From NCBI GenBank assembly GCA_010015585.1, contig ML975159.1: DNA of 64,000 bases, one strand, 5' to 3'. Shown here piece by piece: positions 50,192 to 62,756 of the stretch. Source of the DNA: Eremomyces bilateralis CBS 781.70 (lineage: Eukaryota). The notes below the pieces were generated by a model. The model did not search any database. It saw only the letters and a list, made by a program, of their open reading frames with translations, and was not told the origin of the DNA. Each line of letters opens with the position of its first letter. Position 1 is the stretch's first letter. The position numbers were made by a program, and so were the translations under genes.

Positions 50192-52491
50192 ATGTCAACA
50201 CGCCGCTACCGATCGGCTGCTGCTTGTCAAAATTGCCGGCAGCGCAAAATCCGCTGTAGCATGACAGTGACCGGTATCCCGTGTATAGGCTGTACGCAAG
50301 ATGGCAGAGAATGTAACCTTCAGCCGACAAAAACCCAAATGTGAGGGTTTCTTCCGGACTGATAAATGCTCATTGTTGACAGAGACAGAATACGCGAGAG
50401 ACATACACGTCAAACTGCATCAACTATTAGCAGCCCGGCTAACACAAATTCCAATGGGGCAATCCCCCGGTCTTCGGTTCCACTTGATGCATTTCCAAAT
50501 GCATCCCTTTCGCATAATGTAGATCGCCCTGAGCTGGCTGGCATGAGAAGTGTCTCTAATCCCCCAGATTATTCTCAGCGTCGAGACGAAGAGCAGACTG
50601 GAGTCGAAATTGCCACCAAAGTCCTTGGGAGAAACAACAAAACTGGCCAAGCGCCATTCTATACTGGTCTGTAGTCACCGCGCGAGTGTTTTCATGTGAA
50701 GCTGACCCAAGATTATAGGCGATTCGCCTGGGTTTGGTGTTGTATTTGATATATTCTCGCCTTCGCAGCAGCCTTTACCAAGGCATATCCTGCTCACTTC
50801 CAAAACATCGGTCTCGCTATCTCCCGAGGATAAAGAATATCTGCAGTACAAGGGAGTCTTCAATATGCCCCGAAAAGAAACCTGCGATGAACTTCTGCGG
50901 GCATACTTTCATCATGTGCATCTCATTATGCCACTGATTGACGCTGCTACGCTGCCACATCTTTATCCCAGTGGAGACGGCCAACAATACAATTTGATAC
51001 TACTGTGGAGCATTTTCTTTGTAGCGGCGAATGTGAAGCCTAACTCCTCCCCCGTTTGAATCCGCAATCTAGCTAACGCGCGTATAGCATGTTTCGGTTG
51101 ATACTTGGAAATCAGAAGGCTTTTCATCCAGGAAAGAGATGAAGGACTCCATGTACTCTCGCGCAAAGGTAAGTGATCCAGCATTTAATTAATAACTCAC
51201 ACTCGGCCTGGCTAATGGCTCGATCTCAGTGCCTACACCATAATGGAGGTGAAACAGACCAGACGGTCCTCCTTCAATCAACACTCCTCTTGGGATTTTA
51301 CCACTCAGAAGCTGATACGCACATACAACCATGGCATTGGCTAGGTATTGCCATCAGTCTTTGCCAAGCAATAGGTCTTCATCGTTGCTCCGCTGCAGTC
51401 TGCGCCAGTTCACCTATCTCTGGACAACAACAGCGTCTTTGGCGCCGTCTTTGGTGGATCTGCTTCTTTCGAGACCGTTGGCTAAGTCTCACAATGGGGC
51501 GTCCATTGAGAATCAACGTGAATGACTGTAATACCGTGATGCCATCTGCAGATGATATGTTGAGTGATTTTTCCGGATTGCCTGAATCAATATCGGCAGC
51601 ATATATCCCGAAGGACCTGCCGCAGCTGGCGGAATATTGGGTGACAATGATCCAACTCACTCAGCTTTTGGGAGACACTCTCACTTTGAGCTACCAACCC
51701 TTTGGAACCAGTTCGTCCTTCCAGCAGGTCGAAACCCTTGAGCAAAGCATTTTGCGCTTTCAACTCCCGAAAAATCAGGATACAGGACAAAGTCCACTTG
51801 CAGCCTTTTAGTTGTATCACTTGCAGCTTCATTACTAGTGAGTGTCGACGCTATATTTTTTGATAACTACTTCTAACGGGCCAAAAGAGCATTCATTATC
51901 ACCTTTTACCGTCCTTTCATTACAAAGACACCGGAAGGGCTGCCCGTATCTCGCCAGAACACATGGCAAACTCACGTCCGAAGCCAAATCGTCATGGCTG
52001 CGATACAGACCAATGCCGTCCTCGACAGCCTAGTACGCGAGAAGCTGCTGGGGTTCTCGGGTCCTATGACGTGAATACGCAACTCACTTATGAATAATAT
52101 CATATCTGACAATCAATGCAGGCCACCGCTGTTAGTCCCAGTAATGCACGTCCACCTCCTCAACTGCAAATCTCCCGACCCCCTTTCCCGACGCCTGGGC
52201 CTCAACAAAATAGAGCTATGCATGATGGCTTTGGAACAGATGCAACACACTCACCCCTCCTCATCAGTCTTCAGAGGTATCTTCCTAGAAGCTATCCGTC
52301 ACAATTTTCCAAGCTATGTGACCCAATCAACTATCCCTGAGCTGGCTATGTCTGAGTCTTCTCCATTGCAGGATGTCTCGGCAGATGACCCCATGGCAGG
52401 AATAACAATCGGCAAGGATACCATTGAGTCGCTGATGGATGAGGTATCGATTTTCAATATCTGGGAGTCACTTAACAGCATGCAAACATAG
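50192..52491 (+). pseudogene. Zn2Cys6 transcription factor (cutinase TF1-beta/FarB-like) with premature stops
   Basis: MSTRRYRSAAACQNCRQRKIRCSMTVTGIPCIGCTQDGREC, CDELLRAYFHHVH, LWRRLWWICFFRDRWLSLTMGRPLRIN. TAG at 51809-11 and a spliced TA|A codon across the 51838 intron. Confidence 0.8.
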
Positions 52492-52499
52492 GCTTCTGA

Positions 52500-52965
52500 A
52501 ACTAGATATTAAATCGCCACCCCATCCAGACGTGGAGGCTCTCGAACTGGAACCAAGGGGACCCAGAGACGAACAGAATCCAACATAAGAGCCGGAATTC
52601 CTAGCCAAATCTGTGACAGTAGACCGAACACAGATGCTAGGCCTGCTCCCGATACGCTCGCTTTTTCCCTTGCGTCGGTCGTTCGCGCCGTCTTCCTTCC
52701 CCCCGGCCTCGACTCCGGCTTCTGACCCTGCTGGAGATGTCCTGGTTGCCACTGATGCTTCAGAATCGGAGACGGTTTCTCTCGCGCGTGAGATGTGGTT
52801 GTGCGGTGTGCCTGTTGCCTGTCGCTGGGTGGTGTCTGTTCGTGTTCTCTGTGGTGCGCTCTGTCGGTGGTACCCGTTCGATTCTACAAGAGTCTAGGCA
52901 AAATATTAACGGCGTTGGGTATTTATATCGAAGGCCATACGCCATTCGGTCCGGATTCTATACGC
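52500..52965 (-). mobile_element. Second possible LINE-like 5' leader fragment, facing the first
   Basis: A pseudoknot-capable motif, then CTAG, then an A/C-rich leader on the minus strand, mirroring the layout at 47850-48250. It begins right after the TF stop codon. No diagnostic protein motif. Confidence 0.3.
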
Positions 52966-53748
52966 TCACCAACACTCACCCACTGCGATCCATGCTACTG
53001 CTACTGCCTGTCTCCTGTCTCCTGCCCATCTTCATCCAGAAGATATTCCACAATAGATATCTAGTTGTATTTCAAACCGATCGCGATGCTCTTAGTTGCT
53101 TTCACTCATCCTTCATGCCCTCATACTGGATCTGCTTATGGCATAAATAATCAGAGACCATCCCATTAGGACAGGGTTAGAACGCTTCCAGCCTGATCTC
53201 ACATCAGTCTCCGGAAATTTTGCCCTAGTCTCCGACGCGGCCTACTTTAGTGGTTGGACACATTGGGGCCGTTATTATCGATTTCGAAAACGAGGGTGGT
53301 TCTGCTTGTTGTTAGAGGAGAGCTGGTTCGGCATTTGCAGGTTTCGGGCTGTAGCGATTGGGTTCGTCTGGGTTGCAAGTTCGGCTTTGTGCCTCTATAG
53401 CACAACTCTTCAACCCTCTTCTGTTATGCAACTCTGCAGCACCAAAATCCATGTCCCAGCATTCCTAGAAGTCGGATAGAACAGAGAGTGAAGTCACGGT
53501 TAACAGATTGCACATTCTGTCTACCAAAGTTCATTCGAGTAGCCCGACGATTTAGCTATCGGTGAGTTAATGTCGAACTTCCAACGGCGCACATCAGTCA
53601 CCACAACCCTGAACAACAAGAGACACAGGGAGAGCTATGCAAATGATATCTGCAGGAATGGAATAAACATCACTTTGTACAATAGCATCTAGGCTAGTTT
53701 CCAAATCTACGTTATCGTAACAAAACTTTATGCAGCAATATATATATC

Positions 53749-56700
53749 TCACAACATTGCCACACCGACCCAAAACCCAAGAAACCCCAGCGCCAAACCC
53801 ACGGTCCGCCTCCCATCTCGATCGAGGGAGGCGGCGCTGCCCTTCTTTGTCTCCTGCGGCCCTCCAGGCCCAGTGGTGGCAGGGAACAACGTACTCGTCG
53901 TTCTCCCCACCACCAGCCCCGTCGCTCCAGGTGCGAGACTGATGACCGTCCCGCCCCCGAGCGTAATAACGCCGCCAGGAGTGAGCACCTGCCCGTCAAT
54001 CGTATACGTCGTCCCGGCATTCGCCGTGTACGTCTTCCCGCCGATTGTCAGCACCGGCGGCGCGGTGATGAGCCCACCCGGCACGCTAACCGGGCCGGTC
54101 GGCTTCGGAAGGAAAGTGGTGATGCCGTTGACCACGAGCGCGCCGGCGTCGGGGGCGAGCGAGACGACGGCGCCGCCCGGGAGGGTGATTTGTGAGCCGG
54201 GGCGGAGGGTGGCGGTGCCGATGACGTAAGAGAGGCCAAGCTGGCCAGGGGCGTTGGGGAGTGGGCCGATTTGAGGAGCGTAGACGGTGCCGGAGATGGT
54301 GAGGAGGGGGGCCATGGCGGCGGCGGTGGGGTTCGCGGCGGCGGGAGCGGGGGTCAGGGTCGCGCCGTTGACTATTACGGTGCCGCCGGTGGGGTAGAGG
54401 GAGATGGTGGTGCCGGCGATGATGCCGGAGCCGCCAGGGCGGATGGTGGTACCGGCAATGACGTAGGTACCGGAGGGATCGGGGGCATAGAGTTGGCCGC
54501 CGATGTTTAGGATGGGACCTGCTGGGGGTTGCGGAGGGGAGATGTATTGAGTGATGGGTCCCGTGGGCCCGTTAAGAGTGACAAGGGCGGTCGCGCCGGG
54601 GTCGAGGCTATAGGTGGTCCCCGAGAGGACAGCAATGCCACCGGGAGTGAGGACTTCGGAATCGGTGAGGTAGTATTGTGTTGCGGCGTTGCCAACGACG
54701 GTGTTCGTGCCGAGGGTGAGGACGGGCGGCGCTACAGTATGGGCACCAGCAGGCGCCGGACCAGGGCCGATATATCCCTCGGCAGGATTTCCTCCAGATC
54801 CGCCATCGGCCCCAGGAATGATGGCCATACCAAACCCGCCCGGTACTCCACCGTCACCAGCTTGTTCTCCAGCCGAGCCTGAATAGGGTATAAATGGTCC
54901 AGCGGCACCACCTCCTTGTGATCCTCCGCCCGCTCCAGGGAGATTGATTCCAAAACCCCCTCCTCCTTGGGGGGCACCATTACCTCCCGACCCACCTAGG
55001 GGGTAGAACTCACCACCTTGGTTCGATCCACCGGCAGCGACGCCTCCTCCAGAATTCCCTCCATCTCCCCATCCGCTCCCACCTCCGCTGCCACTTCCGC
55101 CTCCGCCTCCGCCTCCGCTTCCGCCATTGGAACCCCCACCGGATCCCTGGCCGCCGGATCCGCCATTCTGCCCACCACCACCACCATTCGATCCGCCATT
55201 GTTGATAATGCCCGGAATGTTGTTGATGATGCTGATCATGTTGCCAAGACCATCACCCGGCGTATGAGCCGGAAGAGGGGGGATCTACACCGAAAAGAAA
55301 TAAAACGTTAGCCGGTCATTCTCCATAGCAAGCGCGTGGGATAAGTCGACGGTAAAATCAGCAGGAACTTTCGCGACCAGGGAGGCAATCCATGCAATCA
55401 AAATGGGGCTCACGAACTGGACCGTCTGTCGGGACGGATGTCGGGCTTGGACTGTCTGGTAGGGTCTGTTCGGTGTGTATCCGCCCGTCCGAGCGGCCAG
55501 GTCCATCCAGTGTCTCGACTGGCTGCTCTGAGTGGGCGACGAGCGGCGTGAACATGCCTTCGCCCTCGTTGGTTAGGTCGGTGACGGTCTGTTCGGTGTG
55601 GGCGCCGAAGGCAGCGAAGGCGTCGTCGGTAGAGTTTCCAGTGGCGTTTCTAGATGGTACGGTGGGCGGAGAGGGCGCTGTTAGCTCGGCGCCATTGCCG
55701 GTGGGCAAAGGTGGCGTATCCGTAACGGTTTTCGTATCTTCATGTGTGGCCGTGGTGGCCGCAGGGTCCTCCTCTTGTTGCTCCCCTAAATCTCTGGCAT
55801 CTCCCACAACATTTGCACTGGTCGCCTCGACGCCCGCAATCGGACGCATGGATGTATTCAAATTGAACCCAAAACCACTTACCGTCGGCAAATTTGGAAA
55901 ATCCGGCTTGATATCTGTCGGTTTATCCAAGCTCGTCACCGTCTCCTCCGTATGCATCCCGAACCGTCCCGTATAATCCATCATGAAAATTTCAACCCTC
56001 ACCACCATAATCACGGTCGGAACCGCGAACCAGTATCCCGCCGTGCACGGCCCGAACTCCGGACGCGTCATCCAGGTGTTTGAGACCTGCCCTAGGGCGA
56101 AGGGGATGCCCAAGAGGTCTGGCCCATCGTAGTCGAAGACGATCGGCGTCTGGAAGGGGACCGTGGTGGTGGTTTCCAAGCACGTCGTTAGGTAGCGGGA
56201 TTTGTAAAGGGAGCTGTGAACAATTTCATATTCGGAGAAAAAGACTATGTTCTGGGGCTCGGTGCTAGACCATATCAGCAAGCGAACGCGGGTAATAATG
56301 CAGGACGTACATGAAGGTGACGGGATCTCCATTGCGGGCTGTAATTGGGATTTTGGCAATGGGTTGCGAAATGAGGACTTGTTCGGTAAAGTTACTGTAG
56401 GCCATGGTTGTAACTTCGGGGATGGGGTTGTATCCTGCAAGAGAAACGAGGGTGGTTGACGGGGCTGCATTTGTAGGAGTGACCAAGTCCCAGTCGATAT
56501 AGGTTTTGTTTGGTACGAAGACATCCGTAATCTGGAACACTCGAAGCTTTGCGCTCTGTGCCTCGGCTGTGATATTAAAAGGTTTGACATTCTTCATCGG
56601 AGTGATCATTGCAGCGATGGAACCGTTCGGCAAGAAGGTTGAACTGACGTATAGCGAGGCATGATAGTAGTTGTCATAGAACCACCAAAACTGGATTTGG

Positions 56701-57535
56701 TTAGTGAAATATCAAAGTGAAAATAATGACACGGTCATACCACGCTAGCACTTTCGACATTGACTCTGCAACCGCCACAGGAAGGCGTGGGGAACGTGCC
56801 GAACGTGCTATTGGCGCCTCTGGTAATTGTTGCATTTGTACCGATCGTCCGGTTGCGAGATGAGCTGGGTAGATGATCCGTGTATCCCGTGCCATAGACG
56901 ATGGAGTACGAACTGTTCGGTGGGAGTCCGGGAGCAGCGAAGGGAAGCTTATGTGTCGGTGGCTTCTTGCGGTGGATACTGCTTGTCTTGACGCCACTAG
57001 AGATAACGCGTTGAGACCCAGTACGAAGCGATCCCGTAGGCAGTGGCAATGGTGTATGCGAAGCGTCGGTGGTCAAGAGAGAGCCAGACGGCTGAGGGGG
57101 GATGCGGCTTTGGTTCGGTACCGTAGGCTTTGTGGTTAGGAGAAGGCCGGGGTTCGAGAATGAAAGGGGAGGAAGGTCGGCCACGGAAGGTTCAACAGCG
57201 GGGGCAATAGGGAGTGATTTAGATGGTTGAGGATCTGGCGTGCGAATGGTAGAGATGATCGATATAGAAGGGAGTTCGACATCAGGAGTAGTAGGGAGTG
57301 GTTTAGTCCGTTCAGGCTCCGGTTTGCGGGTGGTAGAGATGTTTGAGTTAACTAATCGCATTAGCAAGCGGCCTTCCGATGTGAAGTTCAACCTTCAAAA
57401 TATGCCCGGATAAAAGGACATACCGACGCTCTCTTGTCTTCTTCCGTTCCGTCGAATAACTCTGTCATTAGCTGTAGTACCGGGGACCGCTAGGGATAGC
57501 ACATAAAACACGACAATGAGCCCGTTGAGCAACAT
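53749..57535 (-). CDS. Large multi-exon secreted Gly/Pro/Thr-rich cell-wall protein, probably GPI-anchored
   Basis: Signal peptide MLLNGLIVVFYVLSLAVPGTTA, PTPSCGGCRV, Gly-rich linker, repeated VLTPGG.(I/A).(L/I).GT..SL units, hydrophobic C-terminus KKGSAA...LALGFLGFWVGVAML*. Confidence 0.8.
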
Positions 57536-59885
57536 AGCGCCGTGTTACTGCTCATCTGAGAATGAAGCAGCAGCGAATATCGTGAGGACATTGGCGCAGG
57601 CGACTACATGCTACCGGAGCAGGATGGCAGGTGACAGGCAAGCAAGCGCACGCCATTATAAAAGACGGAATTGAATCGAGCCCCAAAAGGAGGGAAGAAT
57701 ATGAAGCGAAAGTCTTGGGTCAAGGAAACAAATGTGCAGACAATATGGAAGCCAGCCACCAAAGTGCGCAGGTCATCAAGACGAGACGGTGGGAATAGAT
57801 GAAATTGATATTGAGTGCGTCCGGGGTATGAGAGGGGTAGGTACAACGCGCCATGTCCATCAACTGCGATTCGAAGACGCCAAACCGCTGAAACCGTACC
57901 TGTATGAGGACTATCATTTCCGGAATGATCTATCAGGCACCGTATGTCCATGAAAAAGCACAGATAGATGCGTCGGAGAATATCTGCACTCCTAACGTCG
58001 ATCTGGGGGATGTAGCGCGACCGCAGCATGAGGTTTCTCGCGATGCAGGGGAATTTACGGATACTGGATCGGACCAGTCAAGGTGCAGCATCGCCGGCCT
58101 CGGGTGTTGACCAGGCACTCAAAAGTGTGGCCACCCTTGCACGCATCTGCCAGCTCGTCATGGTGCCAAGGGAGATGTAGATGAAGCGAGTAAAGAACAG
58201 GACAAGCAGGATTCGCCAGGGTATGAATCGATGTCAGATTGTACAGGTACTTGATTGCTCGGGTTGAGTGGTGACAGATGAATGTCGCAGCGTGTACGAG
58301 AACTGACCATGACCTAAATTGCGTGAATGAGGATGCAATAACTCAGCTGCCTCATAAGTATACCTTCCCCGGTGCTGGAATATGAAAGACGGAGGATGAC
58401 GCCAGGCCAATTTCGAAAACTCCCCGATAGAAGGATTGAGATCCTACAAAGAGCCCACATACCAACCTTGACCGATGCCAAGTTCATGGAAAGTTGTAAA
58501 GCCAAGGGGATTTGAAAAGATGACTTCCAGCTTCTACCCAATGGAGGCCTGATGTCGTAGTGTTTACCGGTCAGCCGCCAGGCCAAAGAGAGAAACATGT
58601 GCTGAATGTAGAGGCAAGATAAAGGGATAAAGTGAAGGTATCTCGAACTCGGTGCACAGTGCACACCATGGCAGTGTTATACTGTTATGAAGCATGGACA
58701 GCCCTGCCTGTCAAAGTATCGAAACTGGGTTCGACCAAGATGAAGGACGGCGGTGGAAAGAGGGCTTTTCTGTGTCAAGCTGTGTACTCCTGAGAGATCG
58801 CCGCTCGCAAAAGATGCGATTGCGATGGTCGAGGTAGGAATAGTCCAGAAGGAGAATGCATTAACTGAAGCGTCAGTGCCACAGTGCCTTAATAATGCCA
58901 CTGTGCCTGCGACGTCAATGCCAACCCCCTCATATTTTTCTGTAGACAGTAGCCATCGGAGGATTTTCCGGATCCTGATATCGACACGAGTTTTTCCGCA
59001 ATCAGCAGATCTTCCCGTCCCTCATGGTCCAGCACTCCGTACACGCGAAAGATTTGTCTCCCCACTCCCCAGGGTCCGAACTACGACGAGGGGTAGGATG
59101 CATAAATGGGTGTGGAGATGGATTCGCCAGTCCCTGATACTCCACCCCAGCTGATCCCAGGGGGCTTATTGTGATATGTTAATGAATGTATTTGATATGA
59201 AAGATAAGTGTGCCCGATCATCCCTTTTGTTGGACTTGAGAGCAGACAAGTGGAGGACTCATGGAAATGTCAATGGAAGCGATGATTGCATATTATTAGT
59301 AGCACCAAGGAGGAACGGTGCAAGATCGATACGCGAATGTTCTGAAAATAGTCACATTGTTCGTCATACCACAGAAGCGATACAACCATTGGGCAAATAA
59401 TAAGAGAAGATGGACTGGGCAGTGCGAGATGGGGGGGGGAGTATTCGGGGCTGGTAGAGTGCATATTATTACTGCATTGAGGGTGGAGGTGGCAACAAAT
59501 CCAGTCCGTAAACGACTCTTAGTGTCTCCAACAGACAGCAGTCAGCGCTCAACAGGCCGCCCGTCCCCTTCGCATATTCCCGACTCATATTCCCACCCCA
59601 TCCTCCACCCCCATTCCCATCCCCATCCCAGCTCCGGCAAGTTCTTACTATCCATCGTATCCTCTCTCTTTCTCCATCTTTTCCCTATCGCATCCACCCG
59701 AGACATCTTAGCCCATCTGAAGGCTCGACGTCCATCCGGACTGCCATCCGAGTCACGCTGCGAAAGATCATGTCGCCAACTCCTCCGATCTCTAGAGATC
59801 AATTGTGGCTACCCCGTCACTAATCCCTCCAACGGATGGATCTTTGCTGCATCAAAAACCAGAATCAACCGCAGGTGCGACCAAA

Positions 59886-62259
59886 ATGCGGTGGTTCTAC
59901 CGATTAGCGTTCCGCGTCCCCTCATCACTGCTCATCGCAGTCGTCCTCCAGTCCCTCCTCCCGCTGTCGCTCGCTTCATCGCTGGAAAGAAGAAACTCGA
60001 CCGTTATTCCCGCCCCGTACTCGTTCACTCCCGCCCAAAATTGGGATGGGAATGATGGGCCATGGAACTCCTACTGGCTGCGCGTTGGATCGCCCTCTCA
60101 ATATGTTCGCGTCATGATCTCGACCGCCAGCCAACAAACCTGGGTGGTAGCACAGGAAGGGTGTTTATGGGACATTTTCCCGGAATGCGGGGACTGGCGG
60201 GGACAGGTGTTCAATTACAGTAAATCAAGCACATGGGACGAAATCGGACAATATTCTCTGTGGATCGAACAGAATTTGGGGTACAATGGAGGAGCCATGT
60301 ACGGGTATGATACGGTGGCGCTGGGGGTTGATGGGGAGGGGGGACCGGCGATGACGAACCAGACGGTGGGCGTGTTCGCAGGAGAGGACTTTTATATGGG
60401 ACATTTTGGACTACATCCGAAGCCGACCAACTTTTCGGCGTATGATGATCGAAGTGCGAGTTATATGAGCACGTTGAAAGATCAGGGCGTCATTCCAAGC
60501 TTGTCCTATGGCTACACAGGTGGAGCACAATACCGTAAGTGCGGACTAAACCTCTATTCACGGGTCCCGCTGACCGCATGTAGGGTTCCGCAGTGTCCTC
60601 TCAAGCCTCACCCTCGGTGGCTACGACACCTCCCGCTTCATCGCCAACCCCCTCTCCATCCCCTTCGCCCCTGACAACGAGCGCGAACTCGTCGTCGCGA
60701 TTCAGGCCATCTCCATGACTGATAGCACCAACCCCCGGCTCTCCCTCCTCCCGACCCCGATCTACTCCCTCATCGACAGCACCGTGTCGCAAATCTGGCT
60801 GCCCCTCTCCGCCTGCCGCATGTTTGAATCGGCATTCGGCCTCACCTACGACAATGCCACCGACCTCTACCTCGTCCCGTCCGAACTCCGCGATAAACTC
60901 CTCGCTCAAAACGCAAACATCACCTTCACAGTTGCCGGAGGCAAATCGGGCGGCCCCGCCGTCGATATTGTGTTCCCATACGCCGCTTTTGACAAAACGG
61001 CCAAATCACCATACCGGGGCATGACGAGCCAGAGTTACTACTTCCCGCTACGCCGCGCACAGAACGAAACACAGTACACGTTGGGCCGTACATTCCTTCA
61101 AGAATCATATCTCATTGTTGATCATGAGCGCATGAACTTCAGCGTCTCCGCAGTCAACTGGACCGACGGCAGTCCCGCTCACCTCGTCCCGATCTTTCCC
61201 GACGGATTCGAGCACCCCTCCCCATCTAAATCCTCTTCCCTCACCGGCGGCACCATCGCCGGCATCGCCATCGGCATCACCGCGTTAGTCGGCCTCCTAA
61301 TCTTCGCCTTCCTCTTCTACCGCCGCCGCCAGCGCGCATCCAAGCACCCCCTCCCGCGCGCCCCCAGCGCCACCCCCACCAAACTCTCCACCACCTCCAC
61401 CGACAACGACGACCCCCCCGCCACCACCGACCTCGTCATCCCCAAAGCCGAACTCGACGCCACCTCCGCCTCCGCCACCCGGCGCGCCGAAAAATCCCGC
61501 GCTGACTTCTACGCCCCGTCCGACCTGCAATCCCCCCGTCCCCACGGCTCCGACCCGCACACCCCCATCTCCGACGGCACCATGTCCGGCGCCGGCACGC
61601 TCATCGGCTCGGACGCCGGCATGGTGCTCGTCGAAGCGGACGGTAAGGAGCGCGCCATCTACGAGATGCCCGGCGACCTGCCCACGCTCAACGAGGCCGA
61701 CGGACGCGGGCTGTCGGAGAAAGAAGCGATGATGGCGCGCGAGCGAGTGTATAACGGCGTGGATCCGAACCCCGCGAGCGCGGAGGGCGACACCGCGACG
61801 CTGCGGAGCCCAACGAGTGGGGACGTGAGCCCGACGAGCCCGACGCAGCGGAGCGTGGGGAGCGGGCGGAGCGGGCGGAGTGGGAGGAGTGGGAGGAGTA
61901 GGCGGGGAGAGAGGCGGCTGAGGGCCGTAGAGCCGGGGGAGGTGATGCCGGCGCGGCGAGGGACGGAGGGAAATCATGGGCATGCGGGAGGGCAGTCGCC
62001 GGTGAGTCCGGTGGATAGTAGCCAGGCGGGGGGGACGCAGGGGAGTCGGACGCAGGGGGAGGGGAGGGAGGAGCTGATGAGTCTGTTGAGTCCGTTGGAG
62101 GGGACAATGGGGTTGGGGGGGCTGGGGTTGGGGACGGTGGTGGCGAGGCCGCCGCAGCGGAGGAAGTTTAGTTGGGAGGAGCCGGTAGATGGGGAGGTGG
62201 GGAGGGGGAGTGGAGGTGGGGAGACGCGGACGGGAGGGGATGAGGGGGGTTGGATATGA
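59886..62259 (+). CDS. Type-I membrane aspartic-protease-like (A1/yapsin-related) protein with long cytoplasmic tail
   Basis: Signal peptide, WDGNDGPW, VMISTAS (first DTG site altered), SLTLGGYD, LIDSTVSQIWLP, YTLGRTFLQESY, TM GIAIGITALVGLLIFAFLFYRRR. Intron ~60535-60583. Confidence 0.88.
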
Positions 62260-62756
62260 CCCCTTTCTTGGATGTTGGGTTGATTTGCGGCGTTCTTTGG
62301 GATGGATGACTGGATGACTGGATAGGGATCAAGCGGGTTTGGGTCGATACCGGTCTCTCCTTTGCTTGGACAGGGGATCTGGAAGACCGCTTTGGATTGG
62401 TCTTGCCGTGTCCTTGTCCATATTATCTTGCCGATATTATCGTGCCGTGTCCTTGTTGATATATCTCGACATATATGGCTATATATAGCACGTTCTCTCA
62501 TATTTACTGACGGTGTCAACATCAAAGATTTAATAATGGCATTTGGCTGGCTGTTCCTGACTGCTAAATATTAAGATGCAAAAAGTATGGTAGTTAACAT
62601 TAACTTAGATGTAAGAATCATATAGTTACCAGCTTACTACCCTGTATGATCATATCAAACCAGATTGATATCTAATCTATTTCTATGGTTCTACCAATAA
62701 CTATAGATAACTTTTCCAGACGATCCCAAGGTGTTTACGAACATCTACGTCGTGAA

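Noticed and set aside
59318..60055. 245-aa plus-strand ORF
   Set aside because: Non-ATG start; spans the CT-rich promoter/5' UTR and overlaps the protease gene out of frame.
61297..62525. Long Pro/Gly-rich antisense ORFs and a C-rich to G-rich skew switch
   Set aside because: By-product of GC-rich codon usage in the protease tail; G-rich 3' ends also occur in GUF1 and the HECT gene.
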